From Sphyrna mokarran (lineage: Eukaryota), in NCBI GenBank assembly GCA_024679065.1, contig JAGIQG010000021.1:25110001-25174000 (forward strand): a stretch of 64,000 bases of DNA. The letters are read 5' to 3'. Shown here piece after piece: positions 35,772-48,904 of the stretch; position 1 is the first letter of the stretch, and the number at the start of each line of letters is the position of its first letter. Position numbers and translations under genes: made by a program. The notes under the pieces were generated by a model that had not been told where the DNA came from, did not search any database, and worked only from the letters and a program-made list of their open reading frames with translations.

Positions 35772-37420
35772 TCTTAAAAATTCCTTCATAGGCTGTGGAT
35801 GTTGCTGACAAGCCCAGCATTTGTTGCCCATCTCTAACTGCCCTTGGAAAAAGTGTTGCTCAGCTGCCTTCTTGAATTGCTGCAGTCCATTTGGTATAGT
35901 TGGAGTCACATTGATGTGAGAAAGGGAATTCCAAGATTTTGACCTGGCGACAATGAAGATATAGCAGCACATTTATAGGTCAGGGTGGCACGTGATTTAA
36001 AGGGGAACTTGCAGGTGATGGTGTTCCCCTGTGTTTGCTGCCTTTGTTCTTCTAGGTCATAGAGGCTGTTTATTTGGAAGGTGCTATTGAATGAGCCATG
36101 GTGACTGCATCTTGTAGATGGTACACACTGCTGCCATTGCATCAGTGGTGGAAGGAATAAATGTTAAAGGTGTTGGATGGGATGCCGATCAAGTAGGCGA
36201 CTCTGCCCTGTATGGTATTGAACCTCTTGAATGTTGTTGAAGCTGCACTCATCCAGGCAAGTGGAGAGTATTTGATCACTCCTGACTTGTGAATTTTAGA
36301 TGGTAGACAATCCTTACAGAGTCAGCATGCAAGTTACATGCTGCAGAAATCCCAGCCTCTGGTCTTTGCTCGTAGCCATAATTTTTATATGGCTGTTCCA
36401 GTTCATTTTCTGGTCAATAGTAACCCCTACGATATTGATAGTGGGGGATTCAGCAATGATAATGCAATTGAATGTCAAGAGGTGATGATCAGACCCTCTC
36501 TTGTTGGACATGGTTATTGTCTGGCATTTGTGTGGCATGAAAATTACTTGCCACTTATCAATCCAAATGGTGTTGAACATTATGCAATTATCTGCAAACA
36601 TCTCCATTGCTCGACCTTCCGATAGAACTAAGATCATTGATGAAATAGCTGAAGATGGTCAGGCCCTGAGGAACTCTTAATGTAATGTCCCAGGACTGAG
36701 ATTATTGACCTTCAACAATCACAGCCTTTGTACCAGGTATAACTCCAACGTGCAGAGAATTCTCCCCTTAATTTCCATTGACTCGGCTTTGCTAAGGCTC
36801 CTTGATCTTACTCTCAATTAAATACTCTCCTCAGCTCTTGAATTCTGCTCATTTGTTCATGTTTGGATCAAGGCTGTAATGAGGTTAGGAACTGAGTGGC
36901 CCTGTGGAACCCAAACCAAGCATCTGAGAGCAAGTTGTTGCTGAGTAAATGCTGCTTGATGAACTTTCCATCACTTTGTTGATCAAGAGTAGATCAGTGG
37001 GGTGGTAATTGGCTGAGCTGGAATGGTTCTGAACAATTCTCCACATTGATGGGCAGATGCTAGTGTTGCAGTTGCACAAATCTCCAATATTATAGCTGGA
37101 AATTTTTTAAGACCCCATAGCCTTTGCAGTGTACAGTGCCTTAAGCCATTTCTTGGTATCACACGGAGTGAATCAGATTAGCATTTGTGATGCTGGGAAT
37201 CTTGGAGAGCAAAAAGGAATCATCTTCTTGGCACTTCTATCTCCAGATAGCTGTACATCAGCCTTCCCTTTTTGACTGATGTGCTGGGCTCCCCTATTTT
37301 GAAGATAGAGATATTTGTGGCCCTTCCTCCTCCAATTAGTTGTTTAATTGTCCAACACCATTCACAACTGGTTGTGGCAGGATTGCAGACCTGGTCTATT
37401 GGTTGTGAAATTGCTTAGTT
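35772..37420 (-). mobile_element. CR1-group LINE family B (divergent from the common CR1), decayed, in an SLC16A3 intron
   Basis: MFADNC..WQVIFMPHKCQ..TINIVGVTIDQKMNWNSHI and KSWNSL..GLQQFKKAA; upstream NYHP..LLINKVME. Confidence 0.8.
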
Positions 37421-37809
37421 CTGTTTATTTAAATGCTAAATGGGATAGATTGTGAATAGATTTAGCAACTCAAAACAGGGCAAGAATGAGATGCAATGGC
37501 CATCAGCAGCAATAGAATTGTACTCAATTCAACCTGTAATCTTACAGCAAGGCGTATCTCCCACTCTTCCATTCCCGCTAAGCCAGGGGATCAATGCTGA
37601 AGAGAGCAGGACGCCATGCCAGGAGCAGCACCACACACACACTTAATAATAAGATGTTAACCTAGTGAAGCTACAACACTGGATGACTTGCATATCAAAT
37701 ACCTTCTGTTATTAATATGGTCAAATGACTATTGGTTTTGTTGCAAAGTTTAGATTCCAGAGATTTTTCTAGCACTGAACTCTCACTGACTGCCCTGTAG
37801 ATGCTGACT

Positions 37810-39300
37810 TTATTCTTGCAGCCATTTTTGAACAAGGATGTAACATCTGCAATTCACCAGCCCTGCAACCCTGTGTCTAAGGGAGACTGGAAGATTATCA
37901 CTAGTGCCTCTGTAATTTTCACTTTTGCTTCCCTCAGTGAATACAGTACAGCTCATGTACTGTATCAATTTTAAGTAAAAATAGTCTTTCTATTACCTCC
38001 TTCTTCTCAGTTGTAAATTATTATGAGGTGTACGGTGGTACAGTGGTTAGTATTGCTGCTTCACAACATAAGGACCTGGGTTCGATTCCTTGGGTCATTG
38101 TCTGTATAGAATTTGCACATTCTTCCTGTGTCTGCATGGGTTTCTTCAGTGCTCAAGTGTCTTCCCACAATCTAAAGATGTGCAGATTAGGTGAATTGGC
38201 CATGCTAAATTCTCCGTCAGTGTACCCCTGCAGGCGTCGAAGTGTGGCAACTAGAGGATTTTCACAATAACTTCATTGTAGTGTTAATGTTGTGACTAAT
38301 AAATAAACTTTATTCAAGTGTACCAGTTACCTCTTCTCCCATTTTTTTTCTTTGTGAAGACGTGCAAAGTACTCATTTAAAACTTTGCTATTTCCCCAGC
38401 TTCTACCTGCAGGTGTACTTTTTTATCCCTACTCTTTCTTTTATCATCCTTTTATTATTTACATGCATAAAGAAAATTGAGATTCACTTGCATGTTAGCT
38501 GCCAGTCTATTCATGCTCTCTACTTGCTTTTCTTATTAATCTTTTCATTTTCCTTCTGGCCCTTCTATATTCAGCCTGATTCTCCATTGTATTTTCTGCC
38601 TGACATCTGTCATACATGTACTTCTCCCTTTTCATCTTTACCACATTTCTCTGGTCATCCGGCGCATTCTGGATTTCTTTGTTCTATCTTTCTGCTCCAG
38701 GGAATATACATCAACATTGCCTAAATAGTTTTCCTTTGAAGATGATCCATTGTTTAAGCACTGTCTTTTCTACCAACATTTGATTCCAACTCACTCAAGT
38801 CATGCTCATCCCATTGCATTTGGCTTTTCCCTAAGTAATTAGCCCTGCTCTGTATTGTTCCATGTCTATTTCCAATGCTGACCTAAACCTGATGATATAA
38901 TGGTCGTTGTCCCCTTCGTGTTCTCCCACTGATATTTGGTCGAGTTAGTCAACTCATTCCCCAGGACCAGATCCAGTAGTGCCTACCCTGTTGTTGGACT
39001 GGAAACATAGTGCTGCAGCAAATGATCTTGAACACATTCCAGGAACTTTGCATTATTCCTATCCCAGTCTATATTTGTCCCTCACTATATTTCATGTACC
39101 ACTCTATCATTTCTTTGCAAATTTGTTTCTCTAATCTCTTTCTCTAGTTTGTGGTCTATAAAGTACACTGATAAGTGTAATTGTATCTGTTTCATTCCTT
39201 ACCTCTAACCAGAGAGATTCTGGCCTTGGTCGCTGTGGAACATTCTTTCCGTTTGGTACTGTAACGCCAGCTTTAAACAATACTGCCACTGCTCCCACCT
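37810..39300 (-). mobile_element. Heavily decayed CR1 interrupted by a type-2 V-SINE (38027-38312, + strand)
   Basis: tttgaacaaggatgtaacatctgcaatt, tgatataatggtcg..ccccttcgtgttctccc and ccccaggaccagatccag are recognisable CR1 segments; the SINE head and tail are intact. Confidence 0.6.
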
Positions 39301-39361
39301 CCTTGTTTTCCTCAGCATACCTGTGAATTTTTTAGGTAACACACTTCTATAAAGTGTTTAG

Positions 39362-39695
39362 AAAACAGCTGTACAATAACATGATTTCTCAAATCATTTT
39401 ACTGTTTTTTAAAGTAATCACTGCTGTTGGTCTTTGAACTGTATATCAGGAAGCTGTCCCTTCCCTTTGCATGCCTTTTGATAATCAACATTCAGCACTG
39501 ACTAAGGTTGAGTAATGAAAATCAGCCATTTACATGTAAAGAAATAAAGGGTTGAGTCAACCTAGACACTGTTGGTGTTTTGCTTTTGTATCAAGGACAG
39601 GAGAGTCTCACAAAAACAAACTTAACAAAACAGCTGTACAATAACATGATTTCTCAAATCATTTTACTGTTTTTTAAAGTAAGCACTGTTGTTGG
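39362..39695. repeat. 56-bp perfect direct repeat (39362-39417 and 39627-39682)
   Basis: AAAACAGCTGTACAATAACATGATTTCTCAAATCATTTTACTGTTTTTTAAAGTAA occurs twice with an offset of 265 nt. Confidence 0.95.
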
Positions 39696-39699
39696 CTCA

Positions 39700-39880
39700 G
39701 CAAATTCCCCTGGTCTGTGCTAAGTCTGACCTCAGCAAGGAGACAATGATTAGTCTCAGCTTCCCTCGGATGAGAAAAGGGCCCAAGATCTCTGTGTCTG
39801 ATATCAATTCAGCAGTTTCTGAGATAGTAGGGCATATGGTGGGGAGGTGTGGAATGGGGAAATATCTAGTATAAACAAGA
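39700..39880 (+). mobile_element. LF-SINE-like relic
   Basis: ccctggtctgtgctaagtctgacctcagc..tagtctcagcttccct..ctgatatcaattcagcag resembles the recalled LF-SINE body; a similar copy lies at about 55710-55900. Confidence 0.45.
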
Positions 39881-39904
39881 TCATGCTTTATCCATTACAA
39901 ACAA

Positions 39905-40280
39905 GAAACCAGCCTCCCATCCATTGACTCTGTCTATACTTCTTGCTGTCTTGGCAAAGCAATCAGCTTACTAAGGACCCCACACACCCCAGACATTCTC
40001 TCTTCCACCTTCTTCCATCGAGGAGAAAGATACAAAAGTCTGAGGTCATGTACCAATTGACTCAAGGACAGCTTCTTCCCTTCTGCCATAGACTTTTGAA
40101 TGGACCTACTTTGCATTATATTGATCTTTCTCTACACCCTAGCTATGACTGTAACACTGCATTCTGCACTCTCTCGTTTCCTTCTCTATGAACCGTGTGC
40201 TTTGTCAGTATAGCACGTAAGAAACAATATTTTACACTGTATACTAATAATATGGCAATAATAAATTAAATGCAAATCAA
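39905..40280 (+). mobile_element. Rex1/Babar LINE 3' end
   Basis: LPSIDSVYTSCCLGKA, KDPTHPRHSLFHLLPS and KDSFFPSA (across frameshifts) match the Rex/Babar C-terminus; tail caataataaattaaat. Confidence 0.8.
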
Positions 40281-41179
40281 AGGCTCAGTTATGATGCTCT
40301 GATGGTCTCCAGTATGCTGCAACATGTAATTCAAGATTTAGAAATAAATAAAGACTCTTTATGTAAGGTACTTGATGATGATTGACTTCTCTGAGCCAAT
40401 CCTCAATAAGGAGACTTCATATTCAATTGTAAGCAATAGACTTTCTTTTTGTACATGTCTGATGCAACCATGATTTTGTAAAATTAAAACTCTCTGCAAC
40501 TCCTGCCCTTGAGGCATTTGTTCTAATTACATTTGTGACAATCAAAACACAAATGCCAATACCATTTCTAATCTAGGATATTTGTAATCAAAATTTCCTC
40601 ACATGGAAGATTGCCCTTAGAATAGATTTGTTTTCCAGTGTAGTCGTTAGTGAGTTCTGTGCAGTGATTTTCAGATAGCTTTATTAGATTTGCCACTTAA
40701 TGCACCATTGCAATGTATCCTGAATTTTTCTGAGTGATTTGTCCATTTAATTTGAGAAATAAGTAAAAGCTTCATTTTGATTCTCAGTTATTCCAGAGTG
40801 ATTGTACTGTATTTCAATACTCATTATATGCAGATTTGCTATATCAATCTTGTCAAATCCATTAGAAAACTTGAACAGAATTTGGTTTCTTACAGCTCTT
40901 ACAGATAAGCCAGTTAATAACTTATATTTAACCCAATGCATGTCTTCTGCATTGTTATCATCTTGGAATTAACGCAGGAATGTTCTACTATATTCCTCCC
41001 TTCACTGCCAGCAATGGTATTTGCCATAGCGTTATTTCAAATAATTCATAGATGTTCATCAGATATTATCATCTGGATTTATTTGTCTAATTATGGAGGT
41101 TTAGGTTTCCTTTAAGGACAAACCTCCCCTTGGTCTTGAAATAGTTGTCAATCTACAGCAACGTATGAATGATGCAACC

Positions 41180-41600
41180 TGAACACAAGGATATAAAAAA
41201 ATGAGTAGGCCATTCGGTCTATTAATAAGATCATGGCAGATCTCTCCCACAGTTCCACGTTCTGACACCATCTCCCATTACTTCAATCCTCCTGTGATCA
41301 ACAGATTTTTAGATACTGTGATTGAACATCCATGGCTCAATGGGGAAAAGAACTCCAGAGGTTCACAGTCTTTTGAAGAAATTTCATTTCAATTCAATCC
41401 CTGTGTCCTGAGATTGTGCCCTGAGGTCTGGACTCTGCAGCCAGAGAAAATATCCTCTTTGCCCTGCTTCAATTCAACCACTTATTAACTTAAAGTCTTG
41501 AGAATATAGGCCTCTCCTCAAAGGACAACTTCCTCATCACAGATTCAGTCTAGTGAGCCTTTGTTGCACTTTAAGGCACATATATCTCTCCCGGTAAGGA
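41180..41600 (-). mobile_element. Decayed CR1 3' end
   Basis: gagtaggccattcgg..taagatcatggcagatct..gaactccagaggttcacag. Confidence 0.6.
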
Positions 41601-44600
41601 TTCTAATTGAAGATTCTTGACTTGTATGTTAACTTTTTCTCAAGATGGTGCTGGAGCATGGCAATTCCTTGCAAGCTATGCTCAGCATACCTTCTGATTC
41701 TATTTTTTACTCTCGTTCTATGCTTCTAAAACTTCACTCTAAGCCTTTTAAACTCTCTAACAATGCTCTAATTCTTTCTCTACACCCTAGGTAACGGTGG
41801 CCAGGACAAAAGGAAACACAGCACACTGTTCAAAAGTCTATTGAGTTCAGCGGGACCATAACATTTCACCAGCCTAAAATTCGGAGTCATTTTTCTTTCC
41901 ATCTGTTAAAGCTAGAATTGTAATGTACTGCCTTGTACTCGTCTGAAGTGGGTCAGGAATTAATTTCTGACTGAAATGGACTTTGCCAGTTTAACTCAGT
42001 CACAGCATTACTATCCCGCTTCTGATTTCCAGCCAATAACAGAAGACGTGAGTGGTAATATGCCCAATGTGCCCAAGGAAGAATTCCTATTTAAAGGGAC
42101 CACAGTATATTTCAGAATGGCTGAAGTGTACTTGGTCCCTGAAGCTTCAGCAATCACAGGATGAGAGGAGAACCAGAAAGGATGGCCCCTGTCCCAACCC
42201 GGATCTCATACTCTTCCTTACTTGGAAGTTCTGCTGCCCAGGTCAGGAGGAAGGAGCCGGCCTTTTAAATCAAGTAAACATAGATGGAAAGTGGCTAAGT
42301 GCATGAGCAGGTATGCCCATACCTGGATACTATGACCAAGAGGATCCAGCACCTCAAAAGTATGTGATAGATGAGTTCCATAGCACTTTCAGGTGAAACA
42401 CCCACCTTCTGAATTTTTTTCAGCATTTTTCCGCACTATGCACTTTGCAACTCCACTCATTCTGCATTCTCCATCTATTCACATCACTATCTAAACAGTC
42501 AACATGCATTCTCACCCTCAGCCGTCATATTCTCACATCCAACTCTTACAGCCCTCTTCCACAAGTTTTGTCCATTCCTCCTCCAAATAAATGATTCCTC
42601 AACCTTGTAAAAGAAGAGAGCACACAACTCCAGGGAGAGGCAGAGAACTGGTATCGGTGTGGAGCGGGGGTGAAATGCCTCCATTGATAGATACCTTGAT
42701 GGCTACTGGTAATGCCTGCTAGCACCACTGAGAAGGAGACCTTATTGCAGAAGACTGCAGATATCAGCAGTGATCTGCGATGGGACTCTAAGCTTCCTGA
42801 GGAGCTGTTTACACATGTTGAGAGCGCTGGTGCTTTGACTGTAGAGTTTATGTTGTGGGCCTTGTCTTCATCAAGCTGGATCTTTGGACCATACCCAGCA
42901 ATCTTTGGCGGGATACGTGGATGAGGAAGAGGCACCTGTTGGCGTTGTTCTTGCTGATACTGTTGGCATGAGTATTGCTGCGCCTTTTGTTCCTCATCAA
43001 AGGTTCAAGATGGAGCTGTGTTAGCTGCTCCCATGCTGCAGTGATGGCTGACAGCAGAGAATTACTGACCAAGGTGAGTGAAGTCCAAGACGAGGGAAGT
43101 GACTTCCAAAACATTGGCACCCATCTGTAAAGGAGAGGAAGTATACGCTGAAAAGCACTCTGAGCCTCTGTTTCTTGCCTGAACATGGCTGCAGCTTTTC
43201 AGTTTCACTATTTGAATACAGCCCAGCTTAAACTAACACTTCCCACTGTGCTCTCACCTGGTTAATCCTATAAAATTCCACGTAGCTCAGGAAACGTGTG
43301 CAATGGCAGTCAAAGCCAAAATGCTGAGCTAAATCCTGAGTTAGCTGTGGATTTTTAATGATTTACCTGACGGTTTCCCAGTTGCCTACAAACCCATCTT
43401 GGTTAAAGCCAGAAGTGAATAGGGTCATATTGGATTCCCAATCTGACACCACTCTTTTTGGACTTTAATCTGATGTGCACACCTGAACCCATGCTCCATT
43501 ACTCCCTGCCCCCACAACTGAACCCAGAATTTATTATTCTCTTCTTTATTTCTCTTCCTGTGACAGATTTGACATTGGATTCACCTACTCCAATTTACAT
43601 ATCCTTCTGAGCCTTTTGTCAATCCTCCAATCTGATTTGCTAAGGAGATAACCTGATTAAGGTGATGATAACCTGCTTGGATGGCATCTTTCCTGCTTTG
43701 TGCCATTAATATTTCAGAAACCTTTGCAGGATTATGACAAAGCAGAAGGAGGCTATTTGATCCATCAGCTGGAATTCTACCACCTCGCCTGCCATGGGTG
43801 TTGGAACGGGTGAAGTGTGAACAATGGGAAGGTCCATTGTCCTTGGGTGGGATTTCCTGGTTGCAGGGCCCATCGTGTCTGCAACCAGCTCTCCAAATAA
43901 GAATCATGATTCTGTGCTATTTTCCTGTCTTCTCCCATTACCCCTGTTATGCAACATTTTAAAATTAAACATTGAAAGACTGGTTTAACTAATGTAGATT
44001 CAACTATGAATCTTAAGATCACAGAAAGTTTAAAAGAAATCTGTGCACTGTAAAATCATATCAAATTTTTATATGGTAAAAGTGACGCCATATAAAATAA
44101 TGATGTTCATAGTTTTGCTCCTCTTGTCTAGCTGATTCTGTCTTCTGTTATCAATCAAATCCTTCCCTTTCTTACTCTATCAACACATTTTCCTGTAATT
44201 TTCTCTTAAGGCTTCCAAATTCCAGAGCACCTCCCTACTTTCCTACCATTTACAAGCTTCTTAAAGCTACAACTTAGCATTTATCATTACTACATCTTGA
44301 CATGTCCCTTTCATTGCTGGTGATACTCTACACAGTTGCTGTTTGCCCATCACTGAGGTTAATAGAAGTCCTTGTAACACAATAGTAGACAACTGACCCA
44401 AGTGACTGCAAAGCCAAATATATTGCTTGCAGTCAAGAACTGAAGTTTATAATTTTGTAATATCGGATTCCAGATCTTTGATTTGATTTGGGTTTTGCTG
44501 TGATGCCAGGTCTTCTCTGCTGATTAAATGGAGTCTTTAATAGTTCTTTGTTTTGCAATAGTCATCTGACCATTGTTTTTTCCTTCTGTGCTTCATTCAG

Positions 44601-44744
44601 GGCCTTTGTGCAGTGTTTTGGTGAATCGCTTTGGCTGTCGTCCTGTTATGATGGTAGGAGGCCTATTTGCGTCAGCAGGAATGATACTCGCATCACTGTG
44701 CACCAGCATAATCCAAATCTATCTGACTGCTGGTGTTATCACTG
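44601..44744 (+). CDS. SLC16A3: MCT4 coding exon 2 (144 nt)
   Basis: Flanked by cttcattcag| and ACTG|gtaag. Translates (G)[47 protein letters not shown] and is phase-compatible with both neighbours. Confidence 0.96.
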
Positions 44745-46964
44745 GTAAGAAACTCCTGAAATAATTTTTAAAAAAGAAAAGTACTGGGGGATGCTGGAAA
44801 TTTGAAATTAACTCATTAGTCCCTTTTTCCTACTCTTTTCTCCTCACCCTGCAATATTTTTTGTTTTCAAGTTGTTGAAAATATCTAATTCATAGTGCAG
44901 GTGATTTAGAATATGCCTTTTAGTTTTAGGAATTAAAGTTTAACTGGAAAGATTGTGGGAGATTTAAATTCAAAACTGATAAACACATACAACTCCACAC
45001 AAAAACTGAGTTGATGACAATTCAAAAAATGATGCATGTTTATGGAAAGGCTGCATCATGTTGACTTTAAAGGTAAGAGTAGAAATATAAGAGTGATAGA
45101 ACAGCAGGTGGAGAAACTTGATCAATGGATCTTTGGTCATTTTGGTCGAAACATATGATCAGCAATCATTTCAGTAAGGGCAGTCCAGAGTGATTGGGAG
45201 TTAGAGATAAATTAGTTTAAAACCATGGAGAGTTATAAAATTGATTTCTTTCTTCACATCAAAGAAGGAATTTTAAGTGAGGAACAGGTAATGTAAATGT
45301 CTATTTGAGGACACACCAGGAAATGCCAAATTGTCATGGAGATGGGTAGAGCTTAGGGAGATCCTCTGGTTGCAATTATCTGAGTGTTTGCAGAAATGTT
45401 TTAATTGCAACTGTGATTTTGGTGTGACTTCATAATTTGCAACATGGCATCCTGGTAGGGTTTTAAGTGGATTTCAAGAGGGGAAGAAAAAGCAAGAAGA
45501 TTGCTTAAATTAATGCGAATGTAAAAATCTACAGTGGTCCTTAAAGAGTTGATGGAAAAAGAAAGTAACAAGCAAAGTTACTTAGATCCATTGAGAAGTC
45601 AACCAGAACAAGCATCCTCAATCAACTAGTATTAAAACAAAGTGAGCTAACATGGAAAATAACAGACTGGCCAATTCCAAAGGACTATGGTTATTTATAG
45701 GTGTTCCTACTGAAGTAAATTACTTATGATCAATGTATCTTACAAGGAGGAGACTTTTAGAGGAGAATAAGGAGTACAACTTGAACAATAACGTTAAGTT
45801 AATAGTGCTTGTTTTGTTCAAGTACTTTATATACATTTTGATTTATTTTTGCTTAAGCACTCCATTGATTATTACGTGAATTTCTCTTTAAGTGTTAACA
45901 GTCCCTAATATGATTACAACAAAATATATTTACAGTTCCCTTCTGAAAGTTATTATTGAATCTGTTTATACCATCTTTTCAGATAACATGTTCCAGATCA
46001 TAACAGTTTTCTGCATAGTTAAATTTCTTGTCTCCACCTGACCATCTTTGGCCATTTATCTTAAAGTTAGATGAAATAGCATACCCAATTTTCAGCTGCA
46101 GCTTGAACGACATTGTCATTTTTTTTGGGGGGGAGGGTGGTGTTCATTGGCCTCATTCCCCACTGGTGGTTGAGTCTGGTGTCAGGGCTAAAACTGCCAG
46201 TTGGCAAACCAGTCGCCATTCACCTGGGCTGCCCTGTCGACCCTCATCGGATTCCTGCCTAATCTGGGTGGAAACCTCTGATTTGCATTTCATCAACGGG
46301 CTGGAGACCCCAGTCCAGCAGCCTCCCATCATGCACCTGCCTCCCCAGCAGGAACCTCACTGAGCTGGCTTTGATGATGATCCTGACGCTCGTGGACCTG
46401 GCGTGGTGGCAAGGCATCTGGAAGGAGCACTTGCCTCCCTTTGGAGCTCCAAAATGTCAGATCAGGTTGTCATTCCTAGAGTGTCAGCTCCAGAGGGCAA
46501 TACAAGGTTGGCACTGCCAAGTGGCAGAACCTGGAAGTGGGAGGTACTCCTGAAGGGGATGGGTCCTGAGGAGATCCTATGTTGACATCTTTGTTGGGTG
46601 GGTGGTGATGGTGGAGGGGGGTGGGGTAGTCACACTCGTGCCTGTGTAGTTGGAGGTTGGGGGGGTGGGAACAGAGGGAGATGAGGGGGCTTCCTCTTTT
46701 CCATTGTGAAGGGATAGGAGCCTGTGGCTTAGCTGGCTGGTATATTTCCCCTGATGTATACGTTTGCATTGAGCAGGGGAATCCCACCAGACAAGTGGTG
46801 CTAACGCCAGCAGGAAACACTCGAGATTTTCTGTTGGTGTGAGCACTCATAGATGATTTTGGTGAATCGCGGCCTTTATCTTGATTACATTTTGAAAGCA
46901 TCTTGCGTAAACTTGAGTTACTTTAAGATTCTGCTTCTGGTATCCTAACTTGCAGCAAGTCAAT

Positions 46965-47372
46965 TTTGCCCATCACCCTGTGCTCACTAACTCGCATTGG
47001 CCCAAAGTTTGTCATTGCCTCAATTTTAAACGTCCCTCTACAAGTCACTCCCCATGTCTGTAACCTCTTCCAGTCCTATAACTCGTTGAGATCTCTGCCC
47101 CCATGTAATCAGCCTCTTGCACATTCCTAATTCTAATCTCGTCATCATTGATAGCTCTACCTCCTGGTACATGGACCGTGGAGTTCCCTCTGAAATTCTT
47201 GTACCTCTTTCACCTCTTTCAGCCACACCTTAAAACTTACCTTTCTTCAATCTTTTTGTCGTTTGTTCCAATATCTCATTATATTGGTTTGTGTCAAATT
47301 TTATTTAAAAATTCTTCCAGGGGGCCTTTTGGGACCCAAGCTTGGTGTAAAAATGTTATTTCATTGAATTGT
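46965..47372 (+). mobile_element. L2-type LINE 3' end
   Basis: ccatcaccctgtgctcactaactcgcattggc..ctgtaacctcttccagtcctataac..ccttaaaacttacctttc..tgtgtcaaatttt. Confidence 0.65.
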
Positions 47373-47437
47373 AAACAATCCCTGTTCATCCAAAAAATAC
47401 CTTAACTAAATGAATCACCATTTTGTTTTCACTGCAG

Positions 47438-48214
47438 GACTGGGTCTAGCCTTGAACTTTCAACCATCTCTCATCATGTTAAACCGTTACTTTGACAAGC
47501 GTCGTCCATTAGCAAATGGCTTATCTGCAGCTGGGAGTCCTGTGTTCCTGTGTTGCCTCTCTCCATTGGGCCAGATCCTGTCCAAGGTCTATGGATGGCG
47601 AGGAGGCTTCCTCATTCTTGGAGGTCTCCTGCTGAACTGCTGTGCGTGTGCAGCATTGATGAGACCACTTAAAGCTAGCCGCAAACAACAAGAAGTAGTA
47701 GATCAAGCAAAGAAAATGCAGGACAAGAAGAAAACTAAGCTCCTGGATTTCTCAGTCTTTAAGGATCGGGGTTTTCTGATATACACAGTTGCAGCTTCCA
47801 TCATGGTCTTTGGTCTCTTTGTTCCACCTGTGTTCATAGTGAACTATGCAAAAGATATAGGAGTGCCGGACACAGATGCTGCTTTCTTGTTGACTATCTT
47901 GGGTTTTGTGGATATTTTTGCCCGACCTCTTAGTGGTGTTGTTGCTGGATTGAAGGCCGTCCGGCCTCGCTGTGTGTACCTTTTCAGCTTTGCTATGATT
48001 TTTAATGGAATTACAGATCTAGGAGGCTCCTTTGCTACAAATTATGGTGGACTCACAGTGTTTTGCATTTTCTTTGGGATGTCCTATGGAATGGTGGGAG
48101 CGCTGCAATTTGAAGTGTTGATGGCGATTGTTGGAACCGAAAAGTTCTCCAGCGCCATTGGCCTTGTGTTGCTGATGGAAGCCATGGCAGTCTTGGTTGG
48201 TCCGCCAGGTGCTG
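47438..48214 (+). CDS. SLC16A3: MCT4 coding exon 3 (777 nt)
   Basis: Flanked by ttttcactgcag| and GCTG|gtaag. Translates [28 protein letters not shown]...VDIFARP (the TM8 Asp/Arg pair of MCTs)...[12 protein letters not shown]...LVGPPGA. Confidence 0.97.
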
Positions 48215-48904
48215 GTAAGTATGTTTGCACACGTCTGTGCATGCACATTTATGTATCTTTATAGAAAGAGACTTCCTTCAGCCTTCTCTGCTGAATAAAA
48301 ATAAGAGTCATAGAAAAATATTACAAAAGTCTTGAATGCCAATATAACAGTTAACATTTGAAAGATTTAAGTTTTCACTAAAATTAATATGATCAACAGT
48401 GGTGCCTATTTATTGCTTTGGCCAAAGTAAGGAACCAAAAGAACAATAGATCGCACTCAGTATTACAGATGTGCTAGTTACTTTTCTAGAGAAATAGCTG
48501 GATATTATAACTATTGTGGCAGAAAAGTCAGCTCTTTCCATGCAATCCCTTTTCTCTCTTATTCTCATACCGCCTCCCATCTTTACTAATACCATCTAAT
48601 TTCATTCAGTGGTCTCATTTCTAACTTCCTTTTCTAGGAGGGTTTGGACACAATAGTTCATGAATTTTCTGTAACTGTCCATGTAGCAGGAAGAGAAGGG
48701 CATGATGGGGCTTTGGCTTGGCATGTTGTGGAATGAAGCACTGTGCCTCTGTCTTGGGAATCACAGACAAAATGGGCCTTGACCCTGGATATTTGGACAA
48801 ACTGTGAACAGAATAATAAGATTTGGCCTGAAGTAATGCAATCTGCTCCCAGTGGCTGGGTGGGGAAAGAGAAATATATTGATTTTTCTTTTCTTGTTAT
48901 ATAG

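Noticed and set aside
42499-43186. Overlapping 110-130 aa minus-strand ORFs
   Set aside because: They have no recognisable domain or consistent splice structure and are probably decayed transposon-derived sequence.
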